Part shown: one piece after another, positions 34,664-43,304 of the stretch
Layout of the letters: each line of letters starts with the position of its first letter
How positions within the stretch are numbered: position 1 is the first letter of the stretch
Translations under genes and position numbers: made by a program
The notes under the pieces: generated by a model
Databases searched by the model: none
Told to the model about the DNA's origin: nothing
What the model saw: only the letters and a program-made list of their open reading frames with translations
DNA from: Candidatus Eiseniibacteriota bacterium
Lineage (GTDB): Bacteria > Eisenbacteria > RBG-16-71-46 > JACRLI01
Reading direction: 5' to 3'
NCBI GenBank assembly: GCA_025351485.1
Contig: JANXVU010000089.1
Span: 6,513-70,512 of the forward strand
Length of the DNA: 64,000 bases

Positions 34664-37163
34664 GCTTCACCACCACCTGTCCGTTCTCGGCGGTCACCAG
34701 GGCCTTTTTCCCCTCGGTCGAGTCCTCGCCGATCAGCAGGCGCGCCAGCGGGCTCATCACGCGCTCGTCGATCACTCGCGCCACCGGGCGGGCGCCCATC
34801 TCCGGGTCGTAGCCGTCGTGGGCCAGGATGTCGCGGGCGTCCTTGCTGATCTCGAACTTCACGCTCTGCTCGTCGAGCAGCTTCTGCACACCCTTGAGCT
34901 GCAGATCCACGATCTTGCCCACCTGCGGCTCGGTCAGCTGGTGGTAGACCACCAGCTTGTCGAAACGGTTGAGCAGCTCGGGACGCAGCCCCGCGCCGAT
35001 GAGCCGCTCGCGCAGTTCCTTGTCGTCCACCTGGACGCCGCGGGCGTCGTGCTCCGCGATCCAGGTGCCCGAGAGGTTGCTGGTCAGGATCACCACGGTG
35101 TTGGAAAAGTCCACCAGCCGGCTCTGCCCATCGGTGAGGCGCCCGTCGTCCAATACTTGCAGGAGCGGGTCCAATACCTGGGGATGCGCTTTTTCGATTT
35201 CGTCGAACAGGATCACCGAGTACGGCCGGCGCAGCACCGCGTTGGTGAGCGCGCCGCCGGCTTCGTAGCCAACGTAGCCCGGCGGGGGGCCAGTCATGCG
35301 CTGCACGGTGTGCTCGCCCTTGAACTCGGACATGTCGAACCGGATCATGGCCTTCTCGTCGTTGAACAGGAAGGCGGCCAGCGCCTTGGCCAGCTCGGTC
35401 TTTCCGGTGCCGGTCGGTCCCAGGAACAGGAAACGTCCCACCGGCAGGTTCTTCTTCTTCAGCCCGGTCCGCCCGCGCCGCACCGCGTCGCCCACCGCGG
35501 CCACCGCGTCCTCCTGGCCGATCACGCGCTCGTGCAGGTACTCTTCGATGTGCTGCAGCCGCTCTCGCTCGTCGCCCATCATGCGGTGCACCGGGATGCC
35601 GGTGCGGATGGAAACGCGGCGCGCCACTTCCACGTCGGTCACTTCCTTTTTCAAATCCGCGATGTGGCGGAGCATCTCCTTGTGGAGATTTTCAGCGGCC
35701 ACGTCCTCTTTGATCAGCCCGCGGTCGCGCAGGGCCCGCTCCAACTGCTGCACCGGTCCCTCGGGGGGCTCCACGCCGTCGGGGCCGGCCACGGGGGGGG
35801 CGGCTCCGCTTTCCAGCGCCGGCTTGGCCAGCTCGGCCATCTCGCACAGGATCCGCACGTCGGCCGCGGCCTCGTCCAGCAGGTCCACGGCCTTGTCGGG
35901 CAGGAAGCGGTCCGGGATGAACTTCTTGGACAGCTTCACCGCCGAGTCCAGCGCGCCCTCGGCGATGGTGACGCCGTGGTGCTTCTCGTACTTGGGCTTC
36001 ACGCCCTTCATGATCTTCAGGCACGCCTCGAAATCCGGTTCCTCGATGTCCACTCGCACGAACCGGCGCGCGAATGCCGCGTCGGCCTCGATGTGCTTGC
36101 GGTACTCGCCCACCGTGGTCGCGCCCAGCACCCGCAGCTCGCCACGCGCCAGGGCGGGCTTCAGGATGTTGGCCGCGTCCATGCCGCCGCCGCCGCCGCC
36201 GGCGCCCAGCAGCATGTGGATCTCGTCTACAAACAGCACCACGTTGCTCTGGGCGGCGAGGTCCGCGAGCAGCTTCTTGAGCCGCTCCTCGAACTCGCCC
36301 TTGTACTTGGCGCCGGCCACCATGCCGGACAGGTCCAGCGCCAGCACCCGGGCGCCCTGCAGGAAGCTGGGCACGGTCTTCTGGACGATCGCCAGTGCCA
36401 GGCCCTCGGTGATGGCGGTCTTGCCCACGCCGGGCTCTCCGACCAGCACCGCGTTGTTCTTGCGGCGCCGGGCGAGCACCTCGATGGTCATCAGGATCTC
36501 TTTTTCGCGCGCGATCACCGGGTCGAAATGGCCCAGGCGGGCCTCGGCGGTGATGTCCTGGCAGTAGAGGACCGTGCTGGAAGCTCCGCCCGCGCGGGCG
36601 CCGCCTGGGGCCGCGCCCTCGGCCGCGCCTCCGCCTGAGGCTTCGCCGCCCACCATGGCGGCAGTGCTGCGGATCCTGGTGATGGCGTCCTTCACTCCCT
36701 TGGCCTTTAAGCCGATGGCATCGCGGGTCGCCGCGGGGATTCCGCCATCCCCGGAACACAGGGCTATGAGCAGATGCTCCTCGCCCACCTCCCGGTCCTC
36801 CAGCACCCCGCGCTCGGTTTCCGCCACCTCCAGCGCGCCGCTGAGGGCCGTGGAGACAGGCGGATCGAACGCCGGGCGCGAGGGTCGGTCCTCGTCATCC
36901 AGGCATTCTTCCACGATGGCGCGCGTGAGCACGATGTCCTTGCCCATCTGCGAGAAGATCTCAGGAAGAATGCCGTCCTCGGGCACCAGCAGCGAGAAGA
37001 ACAGGTGCAGCGGGTGCACCTCGGAGTGCCCGTGCTCCTTGGCGATCTCCTTGGCGCGGGCCAGTGCATCGGAAGCGCGTGGGCTCCAGCGGGTAATCGG
37101 CATGGTTGGGACTTCCCCCGGGAAGATTATGGTCAAGGGCGCGCGTAAGCCGCGCAGAGGCAC
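34656..37163 (-). CDS. ClpB/ClpV-family double-ring AAA+ ATPase (candidate T6SS TssH/ClpV; short middle domain)
   Basis: Clp N-domain, two AAA modules (GEPGVGKTAI… and FLFLGPTGTGKTELAKA…), sensor/ClpB_D2-small region. The inter-NBD M-domain is only about 75 aa, shorter than in canonical ClpB. It lies about 6 kb from the tssBC block. Confidence 0.8.
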   Translation of the reverse strand: MPLRGLRAPLTIIFPGEVPTMPITRWSPRASDALARAKEIAKEHGHSEVHPLHLFFSLLVPEDGILPEIFSQMGKDIVLTRAIVEECLDDEDRPSRPAFDPPVSTALSGALEVAETERGVLEDREVGEEHLLIALCSGDGGIPAATRDAIGLKAKGVKDAITRIRSTAAMVGGEASGGGAAEGAAPGGARAGGASSTVLYCQDITAEARLGHFDPVIAREKEILMTIEVLARRRKNNAVLVGEPGVGKTAITEGLALAIVQKTVPSFLQGARVLALDLSGMVAGAKYKGEFEERLKKLLADLAAQSNVVLFVDEIHMLLGAGGGGGGMDAANILKPALARGELRVLGATTVGEYRKHIEADAAFARRFVRVDIEEPDFEACLKIMKGVKPKYEKHHGVTIAEGALDSAVKLSKKFIPDRFLPDKAVDLLDEAAADVRILCEMAELAKPALESGAAPPVAGPDGVEPPEGPVQQLERALRDRGLIKEDVAAENLHKEMLRHIADLKKEVTDVEVARRVSIRTGIPVHRMMGDERERLQHIEEYLHERVIGQEDAVAAVGDAVRRGRTGLKKKNLPVGRFLFLGPTGTGKTELAKALAAFLFNDEKAMIRFDMSEFKGEHTVQRMTGPPPGYVGYEAGGALTNAVLRRPYSVILFDEIEKAHPQVLDPLLQVLDDGRLTDGQSRLVDFSNTVVILTSNLSGTWIAEHDARGVQVDDKELRERLIGAGLRPELLNRFDKLVVYHQLTEPQVGKIVDLQLKGVQKLLDEQSVKFEISKDARDILAHDGYDPEMGARPVARVIDERVMSPLARLLIGEDSTEGKKALVTAENGQVVVKLV

Positions 37164-37312
37164 ATCCGAGGCATTGTAGGGCCCCCGGGGAGGCCGGTCA
37201 AATGGTGGAGTGGCCCCGGATCGGAGGTTGCAGACGCGGCCGGGAAGGCCCTACACTGCCAATCCAGATTCCGGACCCCAAATGTTCCGATTCCAATCAA
37301 GAGGAGGTCGCC

Positions 37313-37753
37313 GTGGCAGTCAATCTGAACGTACCCCTGGTGGCCACGATCAGCCATGCCAAGAGCTGGCACGCCGCCGCGAGCATGGTGAACTTCTACT
37401 TCCGCCCCGGAGCCCGGTTCTGGTCCCCGGACCAGGAAGGCGCCGGCGGCGGGGTCATCGACAACGAGGACTTCGTCCTGGCCCGCAAGCAGGGCCTGAT
37501 GCCGTTCTACTTCACCGGCAAGTGGGAGCCCAAGCTGATCGAAAGCGTGCTGCTCTCTCGCGGCCCCATGTGGTGCGTGGGCCGGTGGTACGGGCCGGTG
37601 GGCGTGATCGTCATCACCGGAGTGGACGGCGACCGCATATTCTTCAACGATCCGGTCGAGCCGGCGGTCAAGGCCGAGAAGATCACCTGGTTCAACCAGA
37701 ACCTGGCCCGCCAGGCCAACGCCGTCATGGTCAAGGATCCCTCCTCGCTGTAG
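37313..37753 (+). CDS. Small hypothetical protein with a Peptidase_C39-like (papain-fold) C-terminal signature; catalytic residues not clearly conserved
   Basis: Strong RBS GAGGAGG, then GTG. The motif …GVIVITGVDGDRIFFNDP… resembles the '…HYVVVTGYDxxxVYVNDP' block of C39-like peptidases. Coding potential (GC3) is good. Confidence 0.4.
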   Translation: MAVNLNVPLVATISHAKSWHAAASMVNFYFRPGARFWSPDQEGAGGGVIDNEDFVLARKQGLMPFYFTGKWEPKLIESVLLSRGPMWCVGRWYGPVGVIVITGVDGDRIFFNDPVEPAVKAEKITWFNQNLARQANAVMVKDPSSL

Positions 37754-37810
37754 GCGGGACCGGTTCGCCCCATGTCCTTGGATCACCTGATCTCCGGGAG
37801 GGAAACCCCA

Positions 37811-38466
37811 TGAGCGAACACCTTGCCGCGCCCGGCGAGTGCCTGGCGAGCCTCAGCGAGACGTTCGGCTTTCCGGACTTCCACACCATCCTGGACCACC
37901 CGGAAAACAGCGCGCTCAAGACCGCCCGCCCCAATCCCAACATGCTGGTGCCGGGCGACCTGGTGCATATTCCCGACCCGGCGCCCAAGAAGGCCAGCCT
38001 TTCGGAAGACCTGCAGCACGAGATCCGGATCAAGCAGCCGGAGGCCCGCTTCAAGCTCAAGCTGATGGATGACCAGGGAGTGGTGTTCGCGGGAAAGAAG
38101 TTCAACCTGAAGATCGGCTCCACCGAGATCACCGGGAACACCGACGGCGACGGGATGATCAACGAGATCATCCCGCCGGGGTTGACTTCGGGCGAACTGA
38201 CCTTCTTTCCCGAGGGGCGCGATGACGTGCTGGAGGGCTACTTGATCCCGCTCAGCCTGGGGAATCTCAGACCTCCCGATACCACCGACGGCCAGAAGAT
38301 GCGTCTCCAGAATCTGGGCTACCCGATCGGCCCCCTGGGAACGACCGTGGACGAGAGGACCCAGCGCGGCATTCGCATGTTCCAGCGCGACCAGGCCCTG
38401 ACTGCCAACGCCACGCTGGACGCTCCCACCACGGCCAAGCTCAAGCAAGTCCACGACGGCAACTGA
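37811..38466 (+). CDS. LysM domain + peptidoglycan-binding (PG_binding_1-like) domain protein, paralog 1
   Basis: N-terminal LysM-like segment (…GECLASLSETFGF…ILDHPENSALKTARPNPNMLVPGDLVHIPD). C-terminal PG_binding_1-like segment (…RLQNLGYPIGPLGTTVDERTQRGIRMFQRDQALTANATLDAPTTAKL). GGAGGG RBS. Confidence 0.6.
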
Positions 38467-38484
38467 CCCGAGGATTCGAGGCGC

Positions 38485-38961
38485 ATGCCATCCTTCGCGC
38501 GATCCAGCCCAGGAACCAACCACCACAACACCCTGATCCTGCCCCGGGTGAAAGTCTTCTTTCAGCGGTTTCCCGGCACCCTGGGAAGCGACGCGGACCG
38601 GGGTATCGCCAACGTGCCCTTCGTGTTCAAAGTGGACGGCCGCCTGGTGGGCAAGGGAACGACCGCCGCGGACGGGAGCATCACCGTGTTCACCCTGCCG
38701 GCGGTGGGGCTCGCGGTGCTCAATATTTTCGGCACGGACTACAACCTGATCCGGGTGCCGCTCGAGCCGGCCCCGGATATCGCCGGCGCCCAGCGCAGGT
38801 TGCAGCTCCTGGGCTACATGTCCGCCTCGGTCACGAATACGCTGGAGATCAATGCCGGCGAGGCGCTCTTCCAGTTCCAGGCAGACAACCCGCCGCTCGA
38901 CCCGCAGGGCGACCTGCCGGATCCGACCACCACCAAGCTCAAATCGGTTTTCGGGGAATAG
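38485..38961 (+). CDS. Hypothetical protein with a C-terminal PG_binding_1-like domain
   Basis: C-terminus …AQRRLQLLGYMSASVTNTLEINAGEALFQFQADNPPLDPQGDLPDPTTTKL fits the peptidoglycan-binding repeat consensus. The middle region resembles that of the LysM paralogs. Confidence 0.45.
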   Translation: MPSFARSSPGTNHHNTLILPRVKVFFQRFPGTLGSDADRGIANVPFVFKVDGRLVGKGTTAADGSITVFTLPAVGLAVLNIFGTDYNLIRVPLEPAPDIAGAQRRLQLLGYMSASVTNTLEINAGEALFQFQADNPPLDPQGDLPDPTTTKLKSVFGE

Positions 38962-38964
38962 GCC

Positions 38965-40065
38965 ATGACGATCGACATCACTTATCACAAGCGCAAGCGG
39001 CTCAGCCTGGTGCGGTTCTCCCGCGCCACCACGGGCAACCCGGTGATCGACAAGCCCGATCCGGATACCCGCGGGTTCGCCACGCCGGAGTTTGGCGCGG
39101 TGTTGCCGGTGACGGAGAACAAGACCGTGTTCGTGCGGCTGAATCGCGACAACGTGGACCCGGGCGCCGACCTGTTCGTGAAGTCTTCGGACGAGACCAT
39201 CTTCACCGTGGCGGGCCTCACCGGGGGCAAACTTCCCACCGGCGCGACGCAGGACATCCAGGTGGCGGCCAAGGGGGGCGGCACGCCCAAGAAGGCCTCG
39301 CTGGAGGTGCGGTTCGGGGCCCTCGACGGACCGATCATTTCGAAACTCGCGGTGTTCGTGTTCATCAAGCGCACCCTGCGGATCACCCCGCACAACCTGA
39401 GCATCAAGTCGGCCTCCGCGGCCGCGATCCCCAGCGCCGTGGACATCAATTCGGTGATCGGCCTGGTGCGGGCCATCTGGGCGCAGTGCGGCCTGGAGCT
39501 CACCGTTTCGGCCACCGTGACGGATGCGCATACTTTCGCGGTTGCCGGCCGGGTGGGCCGGGGCATTGAGCGGAACAAGGTCCTGAGCGCCCGATTCATC
39601 CCCAACACCATCAACGCCTATTTTGCGCACCAGCTGGAAGGATCCACCCCCGGAACGCTGGGCCTTGGATTCAGCCGAAAATTCATCACCGACAACGGGT
39701 TGCCCAACCCGGGCATCCTCCTTGGGGACGGGAACGTGGCGGGAACCGACCGGAGCACCGACAACATGTGGCTGGCCAACGACCTGGCCCACGAGATCGG
39801 ACACTTCCTGAGGCTCGACCACACCGAGAGGAAGGAGCCGCCCGACAATCGCACCGACCTGTGGTCCAGGCGCCGGCTCATGCACAATTTCAACACCCAG
39901 GGCAGTTCCGGCGACTTCCACGACCAGGTTGGATACGGGGACCGCGCGCCCGGCGACGTGCGGCGCGGCTGCTTCGTGAGCATGAAGGACCTGTCGCAAC
40001 TCACGACCGACGGCGAGGTCGCCGTGGTGCGCAGCACCATCGAGTCCGCGGCCGGGCCCTACTGA
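38965..40065 (+). CDS. Metzincin-like zinc metallopeptidase (HEIGHFLRLDH motif): candidate secreted effector/toxin
   Basis: HExxH…H zinc-binding motif at residue about 290 (HEIGHFLRLDH) with a downstream Met (…RRRLMHNF…). No signal peptide. Sits between the ClpV-like and PAAR/tssB genes. Confidence 0.55.
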   Translation: MTIDITYHKRKRLSLVRFSRATTGNPVIDKPDPDTRGFATPEFGAVLPVTENKTVFVRLNRDNVDPGADLFVKSSDETIFTVAGLTGGKLPTGATQDIQVAAKGGGTPKKASLEVRFGALDGPIISKLAVFVFIKRTLRITPHNLSIKSASAAAIPSAVDINSVIGLVRAIWAQCGLELTVSATVTDAHTFAVAGRVGRGIERNKVLSARFIPNTINAYFAHQLEGSTPGTLGLGFSRKFITDNGLPNPGILLGDGNVAGTDRSTDNMWLANDLAHEIGHFLRLDHTERKEPPDNRTDLWSRRRLMHNFNTQGSSGDFHDQVGYGDRAPGDVRRGCFVSMKDLSQLTTDGEVAVVRSTIESAAGPY

Positions 40066-40087
40066 GCCCGAGGGAGAGGGGATCGAA

Positions 40088-40855
40088 ATGTCCACGCTGG
40101 TCGAACTGGTCCGAGCCAAGGACTACACCGCCTGCCTCGCCGTGCGCGAGGAGGGAGCGGCTGCCGTGCCCGCGCTGCTCGGGTTTGCCAACGACCGCGA
40201 CCCCGAAGTGCGCGAGCTTGCGCTTCACTGCCTGGACGAGATCGGGGGACCGGAGGCCGAACGCGCTTTCTGCGTGGGGCTCCTGGATCGAGACGCCCAG
40301 GTGCGCTCGGCGGCCATGAAGGGCGCCGGCCACCACTGCACCACGGCTTCGGTGGAGGCCCTGAATCACGCCTACGAGCAGAGCCCGGAGCCGGTGGTGC
40401 GCGAAAACGTGATGCTCATCCTGGGCGCGCTGCCGGGCATGGAAGCCGCGAAGCTGCGGGGCCGCTGGGAGCGCGAGAAGCTGCCGCTGGCCCACGACGG
40501 CGGGCGCGCCGCGATGGCCCGGCTCGGGGATCCGAAGGCCCAGGAAGAGTTTTCGGCGCGGCTCCTGGCTTCGGCCGGGACCGAGCGCGTCCGGCTCTTC
40601 GAATACGCGGGCTTCATCCGCCAGCCGTTCTTGCTGAAAACGCTCCTGCCGATCCTGGACGATGGTTCGGATGGGATCCGGATCGGCGCCGATGGAGTCA
40701 CGGAATGTCCCTACGCCCTGAAGTTCCGCGACATGGCCGTCAACCTGGCCGCCGCCATCAGCGGTCAGCGGTTCAGTTTCGAGATCCGGCCCAACATCAA
40801 CTACACCGACTCCCAGGTGTCCGAAGTCCGGCAGTACCTCGCCGGGCTGCGATGA
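40088..40855 (+). CDS. HEAT-repeat (PBS-lyase-type) protein, cytoplasmic paralog
   Basis: Repeated …DPEVRELALHCL… / …DAQVRSAAMKG… HEAT-like units. Shares a C-terminal block (…IRIGADG…) with the next gene. Confidence 0.55.
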   Translation: MSTLVELVRAKDYTACLAVREEGAAAVPALLGFANDRDPEVRELALHCLDEIGGPEAERAFCVGLLDRDAQVRSAAMKGAGHHCTTASVEALNHAYEQSPEPVVRENVMLILGALPGMEAAKLRGRWEREKLPLAHDGGRAAMARLGDPKAQEEFSARLLASAGTERVRLFEYAGFIRQPFLLKTLLPILDDGSDGIRIGADGVTECPYALKFRDMAVNLAAAISGQRFSFEIRPNINYTDSQVSEVRQYLAGLR

Positions 40856-41742
40856 GCCCGCGGGGCCGGCTCGCGCTGCTGGCGGCCATCGCCCTCGGGC
40901 TGGCCGCCTGCGGCGCATCTCCGCGCGGGGCCTCCGCCCCGAATTCCTCGCCCGCCCGCGTCTCCTCCGACAGCCTGCTCCAGTCGATCGAGGCCAAGGT
41001 CCGCGCGCACGACTACTCCGCGCAGAACGACGCGCGGGGACTCGGCGACGGGGCCTTTCCGCTGCTGGCGCGGCTCGCCACGGACCGCGATCCCGACGCC
41101 CGATCGCTGGCGCTGCTGTGCCTCGAGAGCGCTGGCGGTAGCCGCGGTGGCCGGGTGCTGGGTGCGGCGCTGAACGATTCTTCCGCCGACGTTCGCATGG
41201 TCGCCTCCCAGGCGCTGGGCCGGCGCCCATTCCCGGACGCCCTGCCGTACCTGCTATCCGCCGTACGAACGTCGGCCGATCCCGCGATCCGACGCAACTG
41301 CGCGCTGGCGGCGGGAATGATTCCCGGGGCCAGCGCCTCGAAGCTGCGCGAGAGCAGCCGCGCCGAGAAGGATCCCGATGTGCAAATGGCCCTGGTCCAG
41401 GCGCGCGCGCGCCTTGGCGACGGGGAAGCGCGCCGGGAGTTCCAGGCCGGGCTCACGTCCGCCCAGGGCCAGGTCCGCGTTTTATGGCTGGAACGCTGCA
41501 GGTACGTCGGAGAGCCCTGGGTTCTGTCCCCGCTGGCGCCATGGCTGGACGATACGCACCCCGCGGTGCGCATCGGGGCCGACGGCCTTCCGGGCCCGCA
41601 GTACCTTCGCGTGTGCGACGTGGTGATCAACCTGGCGGCTGAATTAGGGAAGCCCAGGTGGAGTTTCAAGACCGGGCCGGCGAAGAACTATTCGGAGGAA
41701 GAACGTAAGGAAGCCCGGCGGGTCCTGGGCTCCATTCGTTGA
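40852..41742 (+). CDS. HEAT-repeat lipoprotein (paralog of the preceding gene)
   Basis: Signal peptide with lipobox (LALLAAIALGLAACG). HEAT-like repeats (…DPDARSLALLCL…, …SADVRMVASQAL…, …DPAIRRNCALAAG…). ATGA overlap with the upstream gene. Confidence 0.55.
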   Translation: MSPRGRLALLAAIALGLAACGASPRGASAPNSSPARVSSDSLLQSIEAKVRAHDYSAQNDARGLGDGAFPLLARLATDRDPDARSLALLCLESAGGSRGGRVLGAALNDSSADVRMVASQALGRRPFPDALPYLLSAVRTSADPAIRRNCALAAGMIPGASASKLRESSRAEKDPDVQMALVQARARLGDGEARREFQAGLTSAQGQVRVLWLERCRYVGEPWVLSPLAPWLDDTHPAVRIGADGLPGPQYLRVCDVVINLAAELGKPRWSFKTGPAKNYSEEERKEARRVLGSIR

Positions 41743-41773
41743 GGACCGATCGCCTCCGGAGGGTGGAGACGAC

Positions 41774-41808
41774 AAAGAGGCCGGGGCCCAGGGGGCACCG
41801 GCCTCTTT
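41774..41808. terminator. Bidirectional stem-loop (11 bp perfect stem AAAGAGGCCGG / CCGGCCTCTTT) between convergent genes
   Basis: A perfect inverted repeat can be read directly. It lies between the + strand HEAT lipoprotein gene and the - strand DUF1795-like gene. Confidence 0.5.
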
Positions 41809-41843
41809 CGTGTCGTGGGAGCGCCGCTGCTGCGAAGTCGCGG

Positions 41844-42320
41844 CTACTTCAAAGAAATCGTGAACGCCTTGACGATCTCGTCGAACTGCTCCTCCAGCCG
41901 CGCGAAGGCCGATTCCGGGGCGCTGGCGGTGATGATGAACATCACCGGGTCCTTGTAGACGTACCACTGCGCCTGGCGCACGACCACGTCCTTGGGGTTC
42001 TTCCAGGCGTACTGGACGTAGTTTGCGGAGCGCCCCGCGAGGCTGCGGCGCTCCTTCTTGATCTCCTTGTAGTCGGGCAGCTGGCCCTGCAGATCGAGCA
42101 TCAGTCCCTGCGCGAAGCCTTCCACATCCTTGAGCCCGGGAATATTGTCCTGGGTCACGGCCAGCGAGGGCTGCATGTCCTGGATGGTCTCCGGGAGCGC
42201 CGCCAGGTAGACGGAGCGGTCGGTCCAGCCTTCGGGCAGGGCCATCTTGAAACATGCGCCCCTGAGCTCGGGAATCACGGGCTTGGTGGGCGGGTGCGCG
42301 GGCGCCTTGGCATCGGCCAT
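41844..42320 (-). CDS. DUF1795/DcrB-like protein: candidate Eag-type T6SS effector chaperone
   Basis: About 158 aa. Pattern …VYLAALPE…LAVTQDNIP… …YVQYAWKNP… …FIITASAPESAF… resembles the DUF1795 fold. Located immediately downstream of a PAAR protein that carries hydrophobic segments. Confidence 0.5.
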   Translation of the reverse strand: MADAKAPAHPPTKPVIPELRGACFKMALPEGWTDRSVYLAALPETIQDMQPSLAVTQDNIPGLKDVEGFAQGLMLDLQGQLPDYKEIKKERRSLAGRSANYVQYAWKNPKDVVVRQAQWYVYKDPVMFIITASAPESAFARLEEQFDEIVKAFTISLK

Positions 42321-42330
42321 GGAATCTCCG

Positions 42331-43017
42331 TTAGGACTCGACGGTCCAGGAATCCTTGTCGAGGTCGGTCAGTGTGAGTTCGCAGTTGCCGGCGGGCAGG
42401 CCGAATTCCACCACCATGCCGTCGTTCCGCGAGTGGCCCTTGCGGATCTTGCCGTCGGGCAGTTTCAAGTCGTAGGCCACGGCCACGGCGGGGTCTCCGC
42501 TTGCCAGGGTCAGCTTGGCCTTGAAGAAGTGGCGCTGCATGGGGCAGGGGGGTGGCGGTCCGAGCCCGCCGCCGGCAGCCGCCCCGGCTGTTCCGGCCGC
42601 ACACACCGGGGCCGCGCCCGCCAGGGCGCCGCTCACCGCGCTCGAAGGGATCGCGGCGAGATCCAGGAGCCCCAGCAGAATGGCGACGAGCGCCATGAGC
42701 ATGTCCAGGATGGAAACCCCGATGTCCCCGATCAGGACGGCCGGAAATCCCATCACGATGGTCCCGCCGTGCCCGTGCAGGCTGGTCATGCGGGCGGCCG
42801 GCATGCCGCCGAAGAATACTCCCATGGATCCCATCATGATGGGCGCGGGCGGGCCCGTGGCGCACGCGCACATGCCGCCCACCACGGCCGCAGGCTGGCC
42901 CCCGATCATGACCGTCGGGCACCCCGGCGGCATGACGACGCCGCCCACGTGGGGCACCAGCACGGTGAACATCGGGCACACGTGGGGATCGCCAACTCGA
43001 GCGGCGGGGAATCCCAT
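42331..43017 (-). CDS. PAAR-domain protein with hydrophobic (TM-like) region and small C-terminal domain: candidate T6SS spike-tip/effector
   Basis: PAAR-like repeats (…ARVGDPHVCPM… GCPTVMIGGQPAAVVGGMCAC… GGMPAARMTSLHGHGG… VLIGD). Then a hydrophobic stretch (…SILDMLMALVAILLGLLDLAAIP…) and an about 70 aa C-terminal domain. Confidence 0.65.
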   Translation of the reverse strand: MGFPAARVGDPHVCPMFTVLVPHVGGVVMPPGCPTVMIGGQPAAVVGGMCACATGPPAPIMMGSMGVFFGGMPAARMTSLHGHGGTIVMGFPAVLIGDIGVSILDMLMALVAILLGLLDLAAIPSSAVSGALAGAAPVCAAGTAGAAAGGGLGPPPPCPMQRHFFKAKLTLASGDPAVAVAYDLKLPDGKIRKGHSRNDGMVVEFGLPAGNCELTLTDLDKDSWTVES

Positions 43018-43304
43018 GGGGCGCTTCCTCCGGGTGAGTGCGGGGTCAGGATCGGAAAATTACTTCGCCTAGACTGCACCAAATCGGGCCGGACTGCAAC
43101 GGCGCGTTCGGCCGATTCCGGGGGGCCGGGGCCGGGCAACAGGCGGATCAAAAATAAATCGTCAACCCACCCCCTATATAGAATGATCCCGCGATTTGTC
43201 GCTTGGCAAAGACGGGCCGCTGCCTTACGTTCACCCCCTGTAAAATTGTCCTATATCCAGCCTCGCGGCTGGTGCGTTCGAGCCCGCAACCACGGAGGAG
43301 TATC

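Noticed and set aside
34818-36638. 606-aa plus-strand ORF (and 35296-36567, 35692-36759) opposite the ClpB/V-like gene
   Set aside because: Antisense or alternative frames of a strongly supported AAA+ gene.
37783-40119. 778-aa minus-strand ORF covering the LysM, PG-binding and metallopeptidase genes
   Set aside because: Antisense artefact. The plus-strand ORFs have RBSs, signal/lipobox features and recognisable domains.
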